From positions 135,581 to 199,580 of the forward strand of contig CAVUAV010000012.1 of assembly GCA_963739555.1 (NCBI GenBank): 64,000 nt of DNA. The letters are read 5' to 3'. A program made the position numbers and the translations under genes. Below the pieces are notes generated by a model. The model saw only the letters and a program-made list of their open reading frames with translations, had not been told where the DNA came from and ran no database searches. The DNA is from an uncultured Acidimicrobiales bacterium (lineage in GTDB: Bacteria; Actinomycetota; Acidimicrobiia; Acidimicrobiales; DATKAS01). Positions 9,582 to 19,156 of the stretch are shown here, one piece after another; position 1 is the first letter of the stretch; each line of letters starts with the position of its first letter.

Positions 9582-12500
9582 GTGGAGGTGCAACCGCAGG
9601 CGGCGCCGCCGGTCGTCGCGGTGGTGGTGGCGGAGCAGCCAGGGCCCTGTTTCGACGAGCTCCTGACCTCTCTCGCGGCCCAGGACTACCCGAACCTCTC
9701 GGTCCTGGTGATCGACGTCGCCACCGACGAGAACCTGGCCGCCAGGGTCGCGGCCCACCTCCCGGCCGCGTTCGTCCGCCGGCTCGAGATGAACCCCGGG
9801 TTCGGCCCGGCCGCGAACGAAGCGCTCCGGTTGGTCGAGGGCGCCGGCTTCTTCTGCTTCCTCCACGACGACGTGGCGGTCGAGCCGACGACGATCCGAG
9901 CGCTCGTCGAAGAGGCGTTCCGCTCGAACGCCGGCATCGTCGGGCCGAAGCTGGTCGAGTGGGACGACCCCCGCCGCCTCCTGGCCGTGGGAATGGGCGC
10001 CGACAAGGCCGGTGTGCTCGTCTCGCTCGTCGAGCCCGGCGAGCTCGATCAGGAGCAGCACGACGCGGTGCGCGACGTCTTCGTCGTGCCGTCGGCATGC
10101 ATGCTCGTCCGCGCGGACCTGTTCGATGCCCTCGACGGCTTCGACCCCGACATACCGAAGTACGGCCATGCACTCGACTTGTGCTGGCGTGCGCACGTCG
10201 TCGGCGCGCGGGTCATGGTCAACCCCGACACGCGCGTGCGCCACGCGGAGACCGAAGAGCAGGGCGTGCGCGACGACGACCGAGCGCGACTGCTCGCCCG
10301 TCATCGGCTGCGCACCGTGCTCACGTGTTACGGGGTTCTCAACCTGATCCGCGTCCTCCCGCAGATCGCGATCCTCACGATCGCGACGACCATCTCGTCG
10401 CTCCTCACCGGACACCCGGGGCGAGCGAAGAGCGCGCTCGGCGCGTGGTCGTGGAACTTCGCGCACTACAGCAGCATCCGGCGTCGCAGCCGCTACCTCG
10501 ACCGCATCCGTCTCGTGCCCGACAACGAGGTCCGCAACCTGCAGACCCGGGGGAGCGCGCAGGTGCGAGCCGCGATGCGGCGCCCGGCCTCCGAAGAGCG
10601 GTTCGCGGCCGCCGCAGCGGTGGGGCGCACCGTCGCGGACACGCTCGCGCCGGGGCCGCGCCGCACCGCCCTCATGGCCTGGGCCGCGGCGGCCGCGTTC
10701 CTGCTCATCGGCAGTCGCCAGCTGCTCGCACACGGCGTGCCCGCGATCGGGCAGCTCGCGCCGTTGCCGTCGTCTGCGACCGACCTCCTGCGGACATTCG
10801 GCTCGGGTTGGCGCATGGTCGGGATGGGCACGACGGCGGCGGCGCCCACCGCATTCGCGCTGATCTCACTCGGCGCGGTCCCGGCGCTCGGCCACATGGC
10901 GCTGCTGCACACGATGCTGGCCCTTCTGCCCCTCCTCATCGGTCTGATCGGCATGTGGCGGCTCACCGAACCGCTCGCGTCGGTGCGGCCGCGCATCGCT
11001 TCACTCGTCGCGTACGCCGCGATCCCGCTGCCATACAACGCGCTGAGCAACGGGCGCCTCGACGGCCTCGTGGCCTACGCCGTCATGCCGTGGGTCGTCG
11101 GCAGGTTGGCGCGCGCGAGCGGGCTGGCTCCGTTCGCCCGCTCTGCACGGGCGGGCTGGAAGGGCGAAGTGCTCGGGCTGGGCCTCGTGCTCGCGATCGC
11201 GATGGCGTTCACGCCGTTCGTCGGCGTGCTCGTGGTCGGCGTCGCGCTCTGCATCGTCGTCGCGAGCATCCTTGCCGGCGGCGTCCGCGGGTCGTTCCGA
11301 GCGCTTGGCGTCGCGGTCGCTGGTGTGCTCGTCGCGTTCGTGCTCAACGTGCCGTGGTCTCTCGGTGTGGTCCGCCCTGGCGCCGACTGGTCGGGGTTCG
11401 CGGGCATCGCCCCCGCTGGCCCGGGCACGCTCTCACTCGGGCAGATCCTGCGCTTCGAGACCGGGTCGATCGGCGCGGCACCGCTCGGCTGGGCCTTCCT
11501 CGTCGTCGGCGCGCTCGCTCTCGTGATCGGCCGGGGATGGCGGTTGGGATGGGCAGCGCGCGGCGTGGACGATCGCCGCGGTCCCCTTTGCGTTGACGTG
11601 GGTCGCGGCGCGCGGATGGATCGACGTCGGGCTGCCCTCGGCCGACGCGCTGCTCGCGCCCGCCGCCGTCGGTCTCGCTCTCGCGGCCGGCCTGGGCATC
11701 GCCGCGTTCGAGATCGACCTGCGCGGCTACCGGTTCGGATGGCGCCAGCTCGCATCGCTGATCGCCGCCGCTGCACTCGCCGTCGGCGCCGTTCCCGCGC
11801 TGATCGCCGCGTCCGGGGGTCGGTGGCGGGCACCGCACAGCGACTTCGCGGCATCGCTGAAGTTCATGGAGAAAGACCCGCAGGCCGGCGCGTTCCGCGT
11901 CCTGTGGCTCGGGCAACCGAGCGTCGTGCCACTCTCGGCGTGGCAGCTCGCGGAAGGCGTCGGCTACGGCACCTCCGACAACGGCCCGCCGGACATCACC
12001 GACCTCTGGGCTGGCACTGCTCCGACGTCGACGCAACTCATTGCCGAGAGCGTCACGCTCGCGGCGGACGGCGGCACCGATCGACTCGGCTCACTGCTCG
12101 GCCCGATGGGCATCCGCTACATCGTCGTGCCCGAACGCCTCGCTCCGAGCCTGAACAACACGCCCCTCGTCGCCGCCCCGGCGGCGCTCACGACCGCGCT
12201 CGACTCGCAGCTCGACCTTCGCCAGCTCGATGTCGACGACGCACTCCACGTGTACGAGAACACGCTGTGGACACCGGTCCGTGCGAGCTTCGCGGGTGAC
12301 GGGTCCGCACAGCCGGCCCTGCTCGATCAGAGCGGGGTGTACACGTTCGAAGGCAACCTCGGCGTCGGCGCGTTCAGGGTGGCCGAGGCGCCGAACGACG
12401 CGTGGCACCTCACGGTCGGGGGCGCGAGCGTGCCCCGCACCGGCCAGGACGACATCTCGACCTCGTACAAGGTCGACACGGCCGGGACGGCATCGTTGTC

Positions 12501-12714
12501 GTTCGACACGTCGTGGACGCGCACCGCTGCGATCGCAGGCCAAGGCGTCCTTTGGATCCTCACGGTCCTCTTGCTGCTGCGCTGGCGCACGTCGACGCCC
12601 TGGCGACGCCCGAGGCGACGTCCCGCGGTCACCGTGATGCCGGTCGACGGCAACGGCGACGGATCAGCGCACGTGTCAGCCGAGCTCGAGACCTCAGGAG
12701 CAGCGAGCGCATGA
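9582..12714 (+). CDS. Glycosyltransferase family 2 fused to a large polytopic membrane/extracytoplasmic domain. One frameshift near 11553.
   Basis: The GT2 N-terminus is 'VVAVVVAEQPGPCFDELLTSLAAQDYPNLSVLVIDVA...FLHDDVAVEP...VPSACMLVRADLFDALDGFD'. Many TM segments follow. The frame-3 ORF 9582.. becomes nonsense at 'GRGWRLGWAARG'. The protein continues as 'RAAWTIAAVPFALTWVAARGWIDVG...' in the frame of ORF 11593..12714. Confidence 0.85.
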
Positions 12715-14147
12715 CACGCCGCGTCCCGATCCTCCTCATCTTCGGCGGGCTGCTCGCGGCCGGGCTCGTCGTCGACCGCAGCCGCCCCGCGCCCGCAGAG
12801 GTCACGTTCGGCACGGCCACGGCGCCCGTGCAACCCGTCGCAAGCCCGCCGACCGCCGAGACGACGACGTGGTTCTGCCCGGGGATGCCGGCGCCGCCGG
12901 ACGGCACCATGGCCGGCTTCGTGATCATGTCGAACCCAACCGACAAGGACGTCGATGCGACGCTCACGGTGGTGCCGAGCGAAGGCAACCCCGGGAAGCG
13001 CGAGGTCACACTCGCGGCGCACACGACGACGTCGGTGAACGTCGCTGAGGTCGTCTCTGCGCCCTTCGCCGCCGCACAGGTCGATGTGCAGGGCGGCGGG
13101 GTCGTCGTCGAGCAGAGCGTCGCGAAGGGTGAGCTCCGAGACCCGAGCGCGTGTGCGACGGCGACCGCGTCGACGTGGTACGTCGCGAGCGGGGTGACCA
13201 CGCGCGATGCCAAGCTCACGTACTTCGTCTACAACCCCTATCCGGACGACGCGATCGTCGACATGGACTTCGCGACGAACGATGGCCGGTTCGCCCCGCA
13301 GCCGTTGCAGGGCCTCGTCGTGCGAGGCGGGACCGTGAAGGTCATCGACGTCACCGACCAGGTCCGCAGGCGCACCGCGGTCGCGGGCACGGTCACCGCC
13401 CGATCGGGACGAGTCGTGCTCGGCCGGCTGCAGACCTACGACGGGTCCGGCGGGCCGAACGGGTTCACCTCCGGGGTCGCGGCGCCGAGCCCGCAGAAGG
13501 TGTGGTGGTTCCCCGACGGTCGCCGCGTGCCCAACGTCTCCGAGCGCGTCGTCGTCTACAACCCCGGCCCCACCTCCGCCGAAGTCGACATCGAGGTGCG
13601 GCCGCCGAACAGCTCGAGCACCGACAACCCCGACCTCGCGACGCTGCAGTCGCTCAGCCTCTCGCCTTTCTCGGCGACCGCCTACGACGTCACGGGTGAC
13701 GCGACGGTGGCCGACGGCGTGCACAGCATCGTGGTGTCCTCGGCGAACGACACGCCGATCGTCGTCGAGCGGGTGACCAACCTCGTGGCGAAGTCCGGCA
13801 CACGGGGCGTCAGCTCGATGCTCGGCTCCCGTGTCACCGCGAAGCGTTGGTTGCTCGCCGCAGGGGGCACCTCCGACAAAGTCGTCGAAGAGATCACGAT
13901 CCTGAACGACAACGATGCCGACGCGACGGTGAAGCTCTCCACCCTCGAGCCCGACGGCACGAAGGCTCTCGGCGGCCCCCTCACGGTGCCGAGCGGAAGC
14001 TTCGTGCAGGTGAGGGTCAACGACCTCATCGACCGAACGCCGATGACGATCCTCGCCGAGAGCGACAAGCCGGTCGTCGTAGAGCGGGGCCTCGTGTTCA
14101 AGGGCGAGGTCGACACGTCGCGTCAGCTCGGCGTGCCGCTCTCGTGA
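12711..14147 (+). CDS. DUF5719-like secreted/membrane-anchored protein
   Basis: An ATG forms an ATGA overlap with the GT2 stop. The N-terminal TM segment is 'MTRRVPILLIFGGLLAAGLVV'. The rest is beta-rich with repeated 'V.V.NP....A.V' segments. Its position directly after a GT2-membrane fusion matches the conserved actinobacterial arrangement. The family name is assigned from memory. Confidence 0.7.
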   Translation: MTRRVPILLIFGGLLAAGLVVDRSRPAPAEVTFGTATAPVQPVASPPTAETTTWFCPGMPAPPDGTMAGFVIMSNPTDKDVDATLTVVPSEGNPGKREVTLAAHTTTSVNVAEVVSAPFAAAQVDVQGGGVVVEQSVAKGELRDPSACATATASTWYVASGVTTRDAKLTYFVYNPYPDDAIVDMDFATNDGRFAPQPLQGLVVRGGTVKVIDVTDQVRRRTAVAGTVTARSGRVVLGRLQTYDGSGGPNGFTSGVAAPSPQKVWWFPDGRRVPNVSERVVVYNPGPTSAEVDIEVRPPNSSSTDNPDLATLQSLSLSPFSATAYDVTGDATVADGVHSIVVSSANDTPIVVERVTNLVAKSGTRGVSSMLGSRVTAKRWLLAAGGTSDKVVEEITILNDNDADATVKLSTLEPDGTKALGGPLTVPSGSFVQVRVNDLIDRTPMTILAESDKPVVVERGLVFKGEVDTSRQLGVPLS

Positions 14148-14557
14148 CCAACGTTCTGATCGCGGTCATCCTCGGAGCTGTCGCTCTCGGCGCGGCATGG
14201 ATCATCAACCGCAAGAAGCCGCGAACGAGCGCCGTCGTCGACCATCACGTGCCCACCCAGGTCGACCGCGCCGACTTCGCGCGGTCGGAGGCGCCGGTGC
14301 TCGTCGCGGTCTTCACGTCGGCGACCTGCGCCACCTGCGCGGCCATGCTGTCGGCCGCGCGCCACGCCGCGAGTGATTCCGTCGTCGTCGAAGAAGCCGA
14401 AGCGACGGCTCGGGCCGACCTCCACGGCCGGTACGAGATCGACGCGGTCCCGATCGCGGTCGTCGTCGATCGTGACGGCGTGGTCCGAGCGTCGTTCACA
14501 GGATCGATGAGTGCCGACGACCTCGACGCCGCGATCGATCAGCTGTCGACCCGGTAG
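14144..14557 (+). CDS. Membrane-anchored thioredoxin-fold protein
   Basis: A GTG forms a GTGA overlap with the upstream stop. The N-terminal TM segment is 'VTNVLIAVILGAVALGAAWII'. 'VLVAVFTSATCATCAAM' carries a CxxC motif, and 'YEIDAVPIAVVVDRDGVV' is a thioredoxin-like cis-Pro region. Confidence 0.65.
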   Translation: MTNVLIAVILGAVALGAAWIINRKKPRTSAVVDHHVPTQVDRADFARSEAPVLVAVFTSATCATCAAMLSAARHAASDSVVVEEAEATARADLHGRYEIDAVPIAVVVDRDGVVRASFTGSMSADDLDAAIDQLSTR

Positions 14558-16021
14558 ATGTCGATGCCATCGACGCGCTCGAGCAGCGCGTAGTCGGCTC
14601 TCAGCACCTCGGCGACCGTGCCCGACGGGTTGCACCCGTCCGCGGCCTCGTACACAGCCACGTAGGTCGGCCGCCGACGAGACGTGAAGAGCGCGTCGAG
14701 CCGATCCTGCGCGCCGTGCACCTGCAGCACGTTGTCGTACCAGAGATACGGGAAGGGCGGATCGGCGCGCGCGTCCGCGTAGAAGCCCGCGCTGGCACAC
14801 AGCACGTACATCGAGTCGCCGGGCGCCCTCACCTCGCGATACCAGCGGGCGATGGCCTCGTCGCGGGTGAGCCGGGCGTCCGCGTCCAAGCGGACAGCGA
14901 CGTCGTCGCGTGAGAGCCGAGCGTCGCGGACGGCATGCACGAGCGGGACGGCAACCACGAGCGAGGCGACGCTGAGCTGCACCCACTTCCGGGGCTGCAG
15001 GGAGATCGCGGCTGCCGCGACCGTTCCCAGTGGGAAGGCCAGGATCACCCAGTAGTGACGGTGGAACTGCCCGCCGGCGGCGAACGCGACCGTGGCGAGC
15101 GCGGTCCACACGACGAGGGGGAGCGCACGAGCCGAAAGCGCCCGTCGCGACGTCGCCATCACGCAGGCGATGGTCGCGGCGATCGCCGGGACGATGATCG
15201 GCGCCGCGATCGCCCAGGTCATCCCGAACCGGTCGAAGTTCGCGTTGGTCGCGATGCTGCGCTCCGCGAGGCGGTAGCCGACGAACGCGTACCAGAAGCG
15301 GTCCCAGCTGGTGAGGGCGCCGTAGATCGCCATCGCGCCGAGCACGGTCGCGATGCCGCCGAGGATCGCTGCGAGCCCGCGAAGGCTGTCGCGTCGGAGC
15401 AGTGCCGTCGCGGCGACCACGACGACCGCGGTGAGGATGGCGTCGAAGCCACTTTGCTTGAGGGAGATCGCGATCCCGCCGATCAGCCCTGCGACGTAGA
15501 GCCGCCTCGGGGTTCATCGGCGTGATGGCCGTCAGCGCGACCGCGAGGCCCGCGGCTCCGACGGCGCCGCTGAGGAGCTCGCCGTCGGCGATGAACCCCT
15601 CGTAGTCGGGCGCGCTCGACAGCACGGCGACGAAGAGCGCGGCGAGCACCGCGGCGGTCGGGCCGAACAGCGTCTTCGCGATCGACGCGCACGCCACGAC
15701 ACCGACCACCCCCGCGACGATCGCGAGCAGGCGGATCCCCGCGGGAGTGCCGAGGCCGAGCATGTCCCACACGCGGTTCAGGACGATGAGGCCCTGCGGC
15801 CGGTCGACCCACACGTCGCGGTACAGCACGGCTCCGTGGCGCCACGCTCTCGCGATCGCGAGGTACCCACCCTCGTCGGAGGTGATCGGAGTCCAGACGA
15901 AGCGCAGCCTCAGCAGGACGGAGAGCAGCGCCGCGGCGGCGACGCCCCAACGCCAGCTCGTCGCTCGCGGCACGCTCGGTCGGTGCGTCTGCAACCTCTT
16001 GCAGGACGCTGGAAGTTGCAC
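14539..16021 (-). CDS. GT-C fold membrane glycosyltransferase (ArnT/PMT-like, GT39-like). One frameshift near 15505.
   Basis: The N-terminus (ORF 14123..16021) is 'LLRLRFVWTPITSDEGGYLAIARAWRHGAVLYRDVWVDRPQG', with the DE-type first-loop motif. It continues after 'AITPMNPE' in the frame of ORF 14539..15420 ('LYVAGLIGGIAISLKQSGF...VAATALLRRD...'). There are more than 10 TM segments. Confidence 0.75.
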
Positions 16022-16078
16022 CCGGCGGCACTGCCGAGACCGTAACCGGCGTCGGCAGGTGTGATCAGGCGGGCAGCG

Positions 16079-18038
16079 TCAGTCGGACGAGACGGTTGTC
16101 GATGCGGGCTCGGACGGGTCGGGCGTCGCGCCGTGCACCTCTTCGAGGCCCTGTTGCACGAGGCGCGACACCTCTGCGCCTTCGATCGTCTCGCGCTCGA
16201 GCAGCGCCTGGGCGACGAGATCGAGGCCCCGACGGTGCTTGGTCAGCAGCTCGCGAGCGCGGTCTTCTTGCACCCGCAAGATGCGCTCGACCTCTTCGTC
16301 GATCACGCGTGCGGTCTCATCTGAGTAGTCGCGTGTGTGCATGAGGTCGTCGCCGAGGAACACCTGTCCCTGCGAGCCCCATGCCATCGGGCCGATGCGG
16401 TCGCTCATGCCCCACTCGCGGACCATGCGGCGGGCGAGCTCGGTGTTCACGACGAGGTCGTTCTGCGCACCGGTCGAGACCATCCCGAAGACGAGGTCTT
16501 CGGACATGCGCCCGCCGAGGCGCATGCACAGCGAGTCCTCGATGTAGGCCTGGCTGTGCAGGTGGCGCTCCTCGGGCATCTGCTGGGTGACGCCGAGCGC
16601 CATGCCGGTCGGGAGGATCGTGACCTTGTGGAGGGGGTCAGCGTTCGGGAGCACGGCGGCGAGCACCGCGTGTCCGCCCTCGTGGTACGCGACCGCCTTC
16701 TTCTCCTCGAGCGAGAGCACCATCGACTCGCGACGGGCGCCCATCATCACGCGGTCACGCGCCGACTCGAAGTCGAGGCGCTCGATCACCTTCGCCCCGC
16801 GGCGCACTGCGAACAGGGCGGCCTCGTTCACGAGGTTCGCGAGATCGGCGCCGCTCATGCCGGGCGTGCCACGGGCCATGACCTCGAGGTCGACGTCGGG
16901 ACCGAGCTTCTTGTCGCGTGCGTGCACCTTCAAGATCGCGAGGCGCTCCTCGAACTCGGGGAGCGGCACGACGACCTGACGGTCGAAGCGGCCCGGGCGA
17001 AGCAGCGCTGGGATCGAGGATGTCGGGCCGGTTCGTCGCCGCCATCATCACGATGCCCTCGGTCGCCTCGAAGCCGTCCATCTCGGAGAGCATCTGGTTG
17101 AGGGTCTGCTCGCGCTCGTCGTGGCCACCGCCGAGGCCGGCGCCGCGCTTGCGTCCGATCGAGTCGATCTCGTCCACGAAGATGATCGCCCGGCCCAGCT
17201 TCCGCGCGTTCTGGAAGAGGTCGCGCACCCGCGATGCGCCGACGCCGACGAACATCTCCATGAAGTCGGACCCCGTGACCGACAGGAACGGCACGCCTGC
17301 CTCGCCCGCGACGGCCCTCGCGATCAGCGTCTTGCCCGTGCCGGGAGGCCCGACGAGCAGCACGCCCTTGGGGATGCGCGCACCGATGTCGCGGAACCGC
17401 TCGGGCATCTTCAAGAAGTCGACGACCTCTCGGATCTCCTGCTTCACGCCTTCGTAGCCGGCGACGTCGGCGAACGTGGTGCTGGGCTTGTCGGCTGAGT
17501 AGGTCTTTGCCCGCGATCGCCCGATCTGCATCACGTTGCCCATCGCGCCGCTGGCGCGGCGCTGCATCCAGACGAAGAACCCGATGATCAGGAGCACGGG
17601 CAGCAGCAACGGGATGAGGCCTGCGAGGAAGCTGCTCTGCGGCGACTTGAACGTGACGTCGACGTTCTTCTGGTTCAGCAGCGCCAGGTCGGCGTCGGGC
17701 AACGGCATCTGGCCGGTGGTGTGGAACTGCTTGCCGCTGTTGAGCGTGCCGCTGATGGCGCCGGTGTTGTTGTTGACGGTGATCGCGTCGACGTTGCCGT
17801 TCTGCACCTCGGTGCGGAACTGCGAGTACGTGATGTCCTCGCCGCCCTTCTTCGAGAGCAGCATGGGGATGAGAAGGGCGCCTGCAAGGAGCCCGAGGAA
17901 GACCCAGATCGCCCACTTCGGTATGCCCGAGCTCTTGGTCGGGCGCCCGCCAGGGCCGTTGCCAGGGCCGTCACCGGGGCGGCGATCGCCATTGCCGCGA
18001 CCATTGGTCGACGGCGGAGGCGGGGGGAGCTGGCTCAT
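16079..18038 (-). CDS. ftsH: ATP-dependent zinc metalloprotease FtsH. One frameshift near 17006-17010.
   Basis: Walker A is '[14 protein letters not shown]', Walker B is 'IIFVDEIDS', and SRH is '[10 protein letters not shown]'. The reading then continues in the frame of ORF 16079..16969 ('[18 protein letters not shown]...'). The zinc site is 'HEGGHAV'. One extra base separates 'DILDP' from 'ALLRPGRF'. Confidence 0.95.
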
Positions 18039-18156
18039 GCGACCATGCTAGGGCCGGAGCCGTCCGCAAGGACGCCGGGAGCACAGCGGGCGCACGGCGC
18101 ACGGCTCGGGAGCAGCGTCCACGGCGCATCCCGCGGAGGCAACTATCGTCGCCCCG

Positions 18157-18372
18157 ATGCGACGCCAGTGCTGCCGGCCGGCATGTGCTGAACCAGCGGT
18201 GGCGACGGTCACGTACCACTACGGCACGCAGGCGGCGTGGCTCGATCCGCTGAGCGCCGAGCGCGACCCGCACTCCTACGACATGTGCGCTCGTCACGCC
18301 GAACGGCTGCGGCCGCCGCAGGGCTGGGCCCTCGACGATCGCCGGGTGCGCGCCATCGCCGTCGCAGTCTGA
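18157..18372 (+). CDS. DUF3499 domain protein (Rv3258c-like)
   Basis: 'MRRQCCRPACAEPAVATVTYHYGTQAAWLDPLSAERDPHSYDMCARHAERLRPPQGWALDDRR' matches the conserved actinobacterial small protein found next to pmm/manA clusters. Confidence 0.8.
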   Translation: MRRQCCRPACAEPAVATVTYHYGTQAAWLDPLSAERDPHSYDMCARHAERLRPPQGWALDDRRVRAIAVAV

Positions 18373-18385
18373 ATCGCAGGCCGGC

Positions 18386-19090
18386 ATGGCCGACGAGACC
18401 GTCACCGCGCCCGGCGTCCGAGACGCCCTGATCACGTGGTTCCTCGCGTTCGTGGTCAGCAACATCGTGGGCGGCATCGTGCTGGGTGCCACGGGTCACC
18501 TCGGGCCGCACGACCCGGACCCGCCGCTGTGGCTCACCGCGTCGCTCCAGGTGCCGTTCTGGGCCGTCCTCGTCGGCGGCACCGTGTTCTTCTCCCGGCG
18601 CAAGGGCACAGGTGACCTCGCGGTGGACATGAGGTTGCGCGTCGAGCCCCGGGACGCCGTCGTCGGCATCCCGACCGGCGTGTTCACGCAGGTCGTGCTG
18701 GTGCCACTGCTCTACGTGCCGATCTTCTGGATCTTCGGCCACCGCGACCTCTCGCAGGACGCGAAGGACCTCACCAACAAGGCCAACGGCGCCGGGGTGG
18801 TGCTGCTGATCCTGCTCGTCGTGATCGGGGCACCGATCGTCGAGGAGCTGTTCTTCCGGGGCTTCCTCATGGGAGCGCTCGAGCGCACGACCGGCAAGGC
18901 GTGGGCCCTCTGGATCTCGGCTGTGCTGTTCGGAGCCGGCCACTTCGAGCCACTCCAGACCGTCGCCCTCGTGATGTTCGGGCTCGTCGCGGGGTATCTC
19001 GTGCAGCGCTACGACCGGCTCGGGCCGTCGATCTTCGCCCACATGGGGTTCAACGCCGTGACGATCGCGGTGTTGCTCGCCCAGCGGTGA
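18386..19090 (+). CDS. CPBP family intramembrane glutamic endopeptidase (CAAX protease-like)
   Basis: 'GAPIVEELFFRGFL' is the EExxxR motif, 'SAVLFGAGHF' is FxxxH, and 'FAHMGFNA' is HxxxN. The protein is polytopic. Confidence 0.85.
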   Translation: MADETVTAPGVRDALITWFLAFVVSNIVGGIVLGATGHLGPHDPDPPLWLTASLQVPFWAVLVGGTVFFSRRKGTGDLAVDMRLRVEPRDAVVGIPTGVFTQVVLVPLLYVPIFWIFGHRDLSQDAKDLTNKANGAGVVLLILLVVIGAPIVEELFFRGFLMGALERTTGKAWALWISAVLFGAGHFEPLQTVALVMFGLVAGYLVQRYDRLGPSIFAHMGFNAVTIAVLLAQR

Positions 19091-19156
19091 GAGGCAGTTG
19101 ACTCCAGCGGTGACTGCTCGCGGCCGATGGTGGGATGAAAGCATGTCAGGACACCC

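Noticed and set aside
8889-10733. Very long ORFs antisense to, or out of frame with, the called genes. Examples are 8889-10733(-) at 614 aa, 9524-11596(+) at 690 aa, 18209-20773(-) at 854 aa, 45179-47449(-) at 756 aa, 51373-52953(-) at 526 aa and 59307-60431(-) at 374 aa.
   Set aside because: - Their translations are dominated by Arg/Pro/Ala/Gly/His runs with no recognisable motifs.
- They overlap genes with strong family signatures on the other strand or frame.
- Long stop-free shadow ORFs are expected in very GC-rich DNA.
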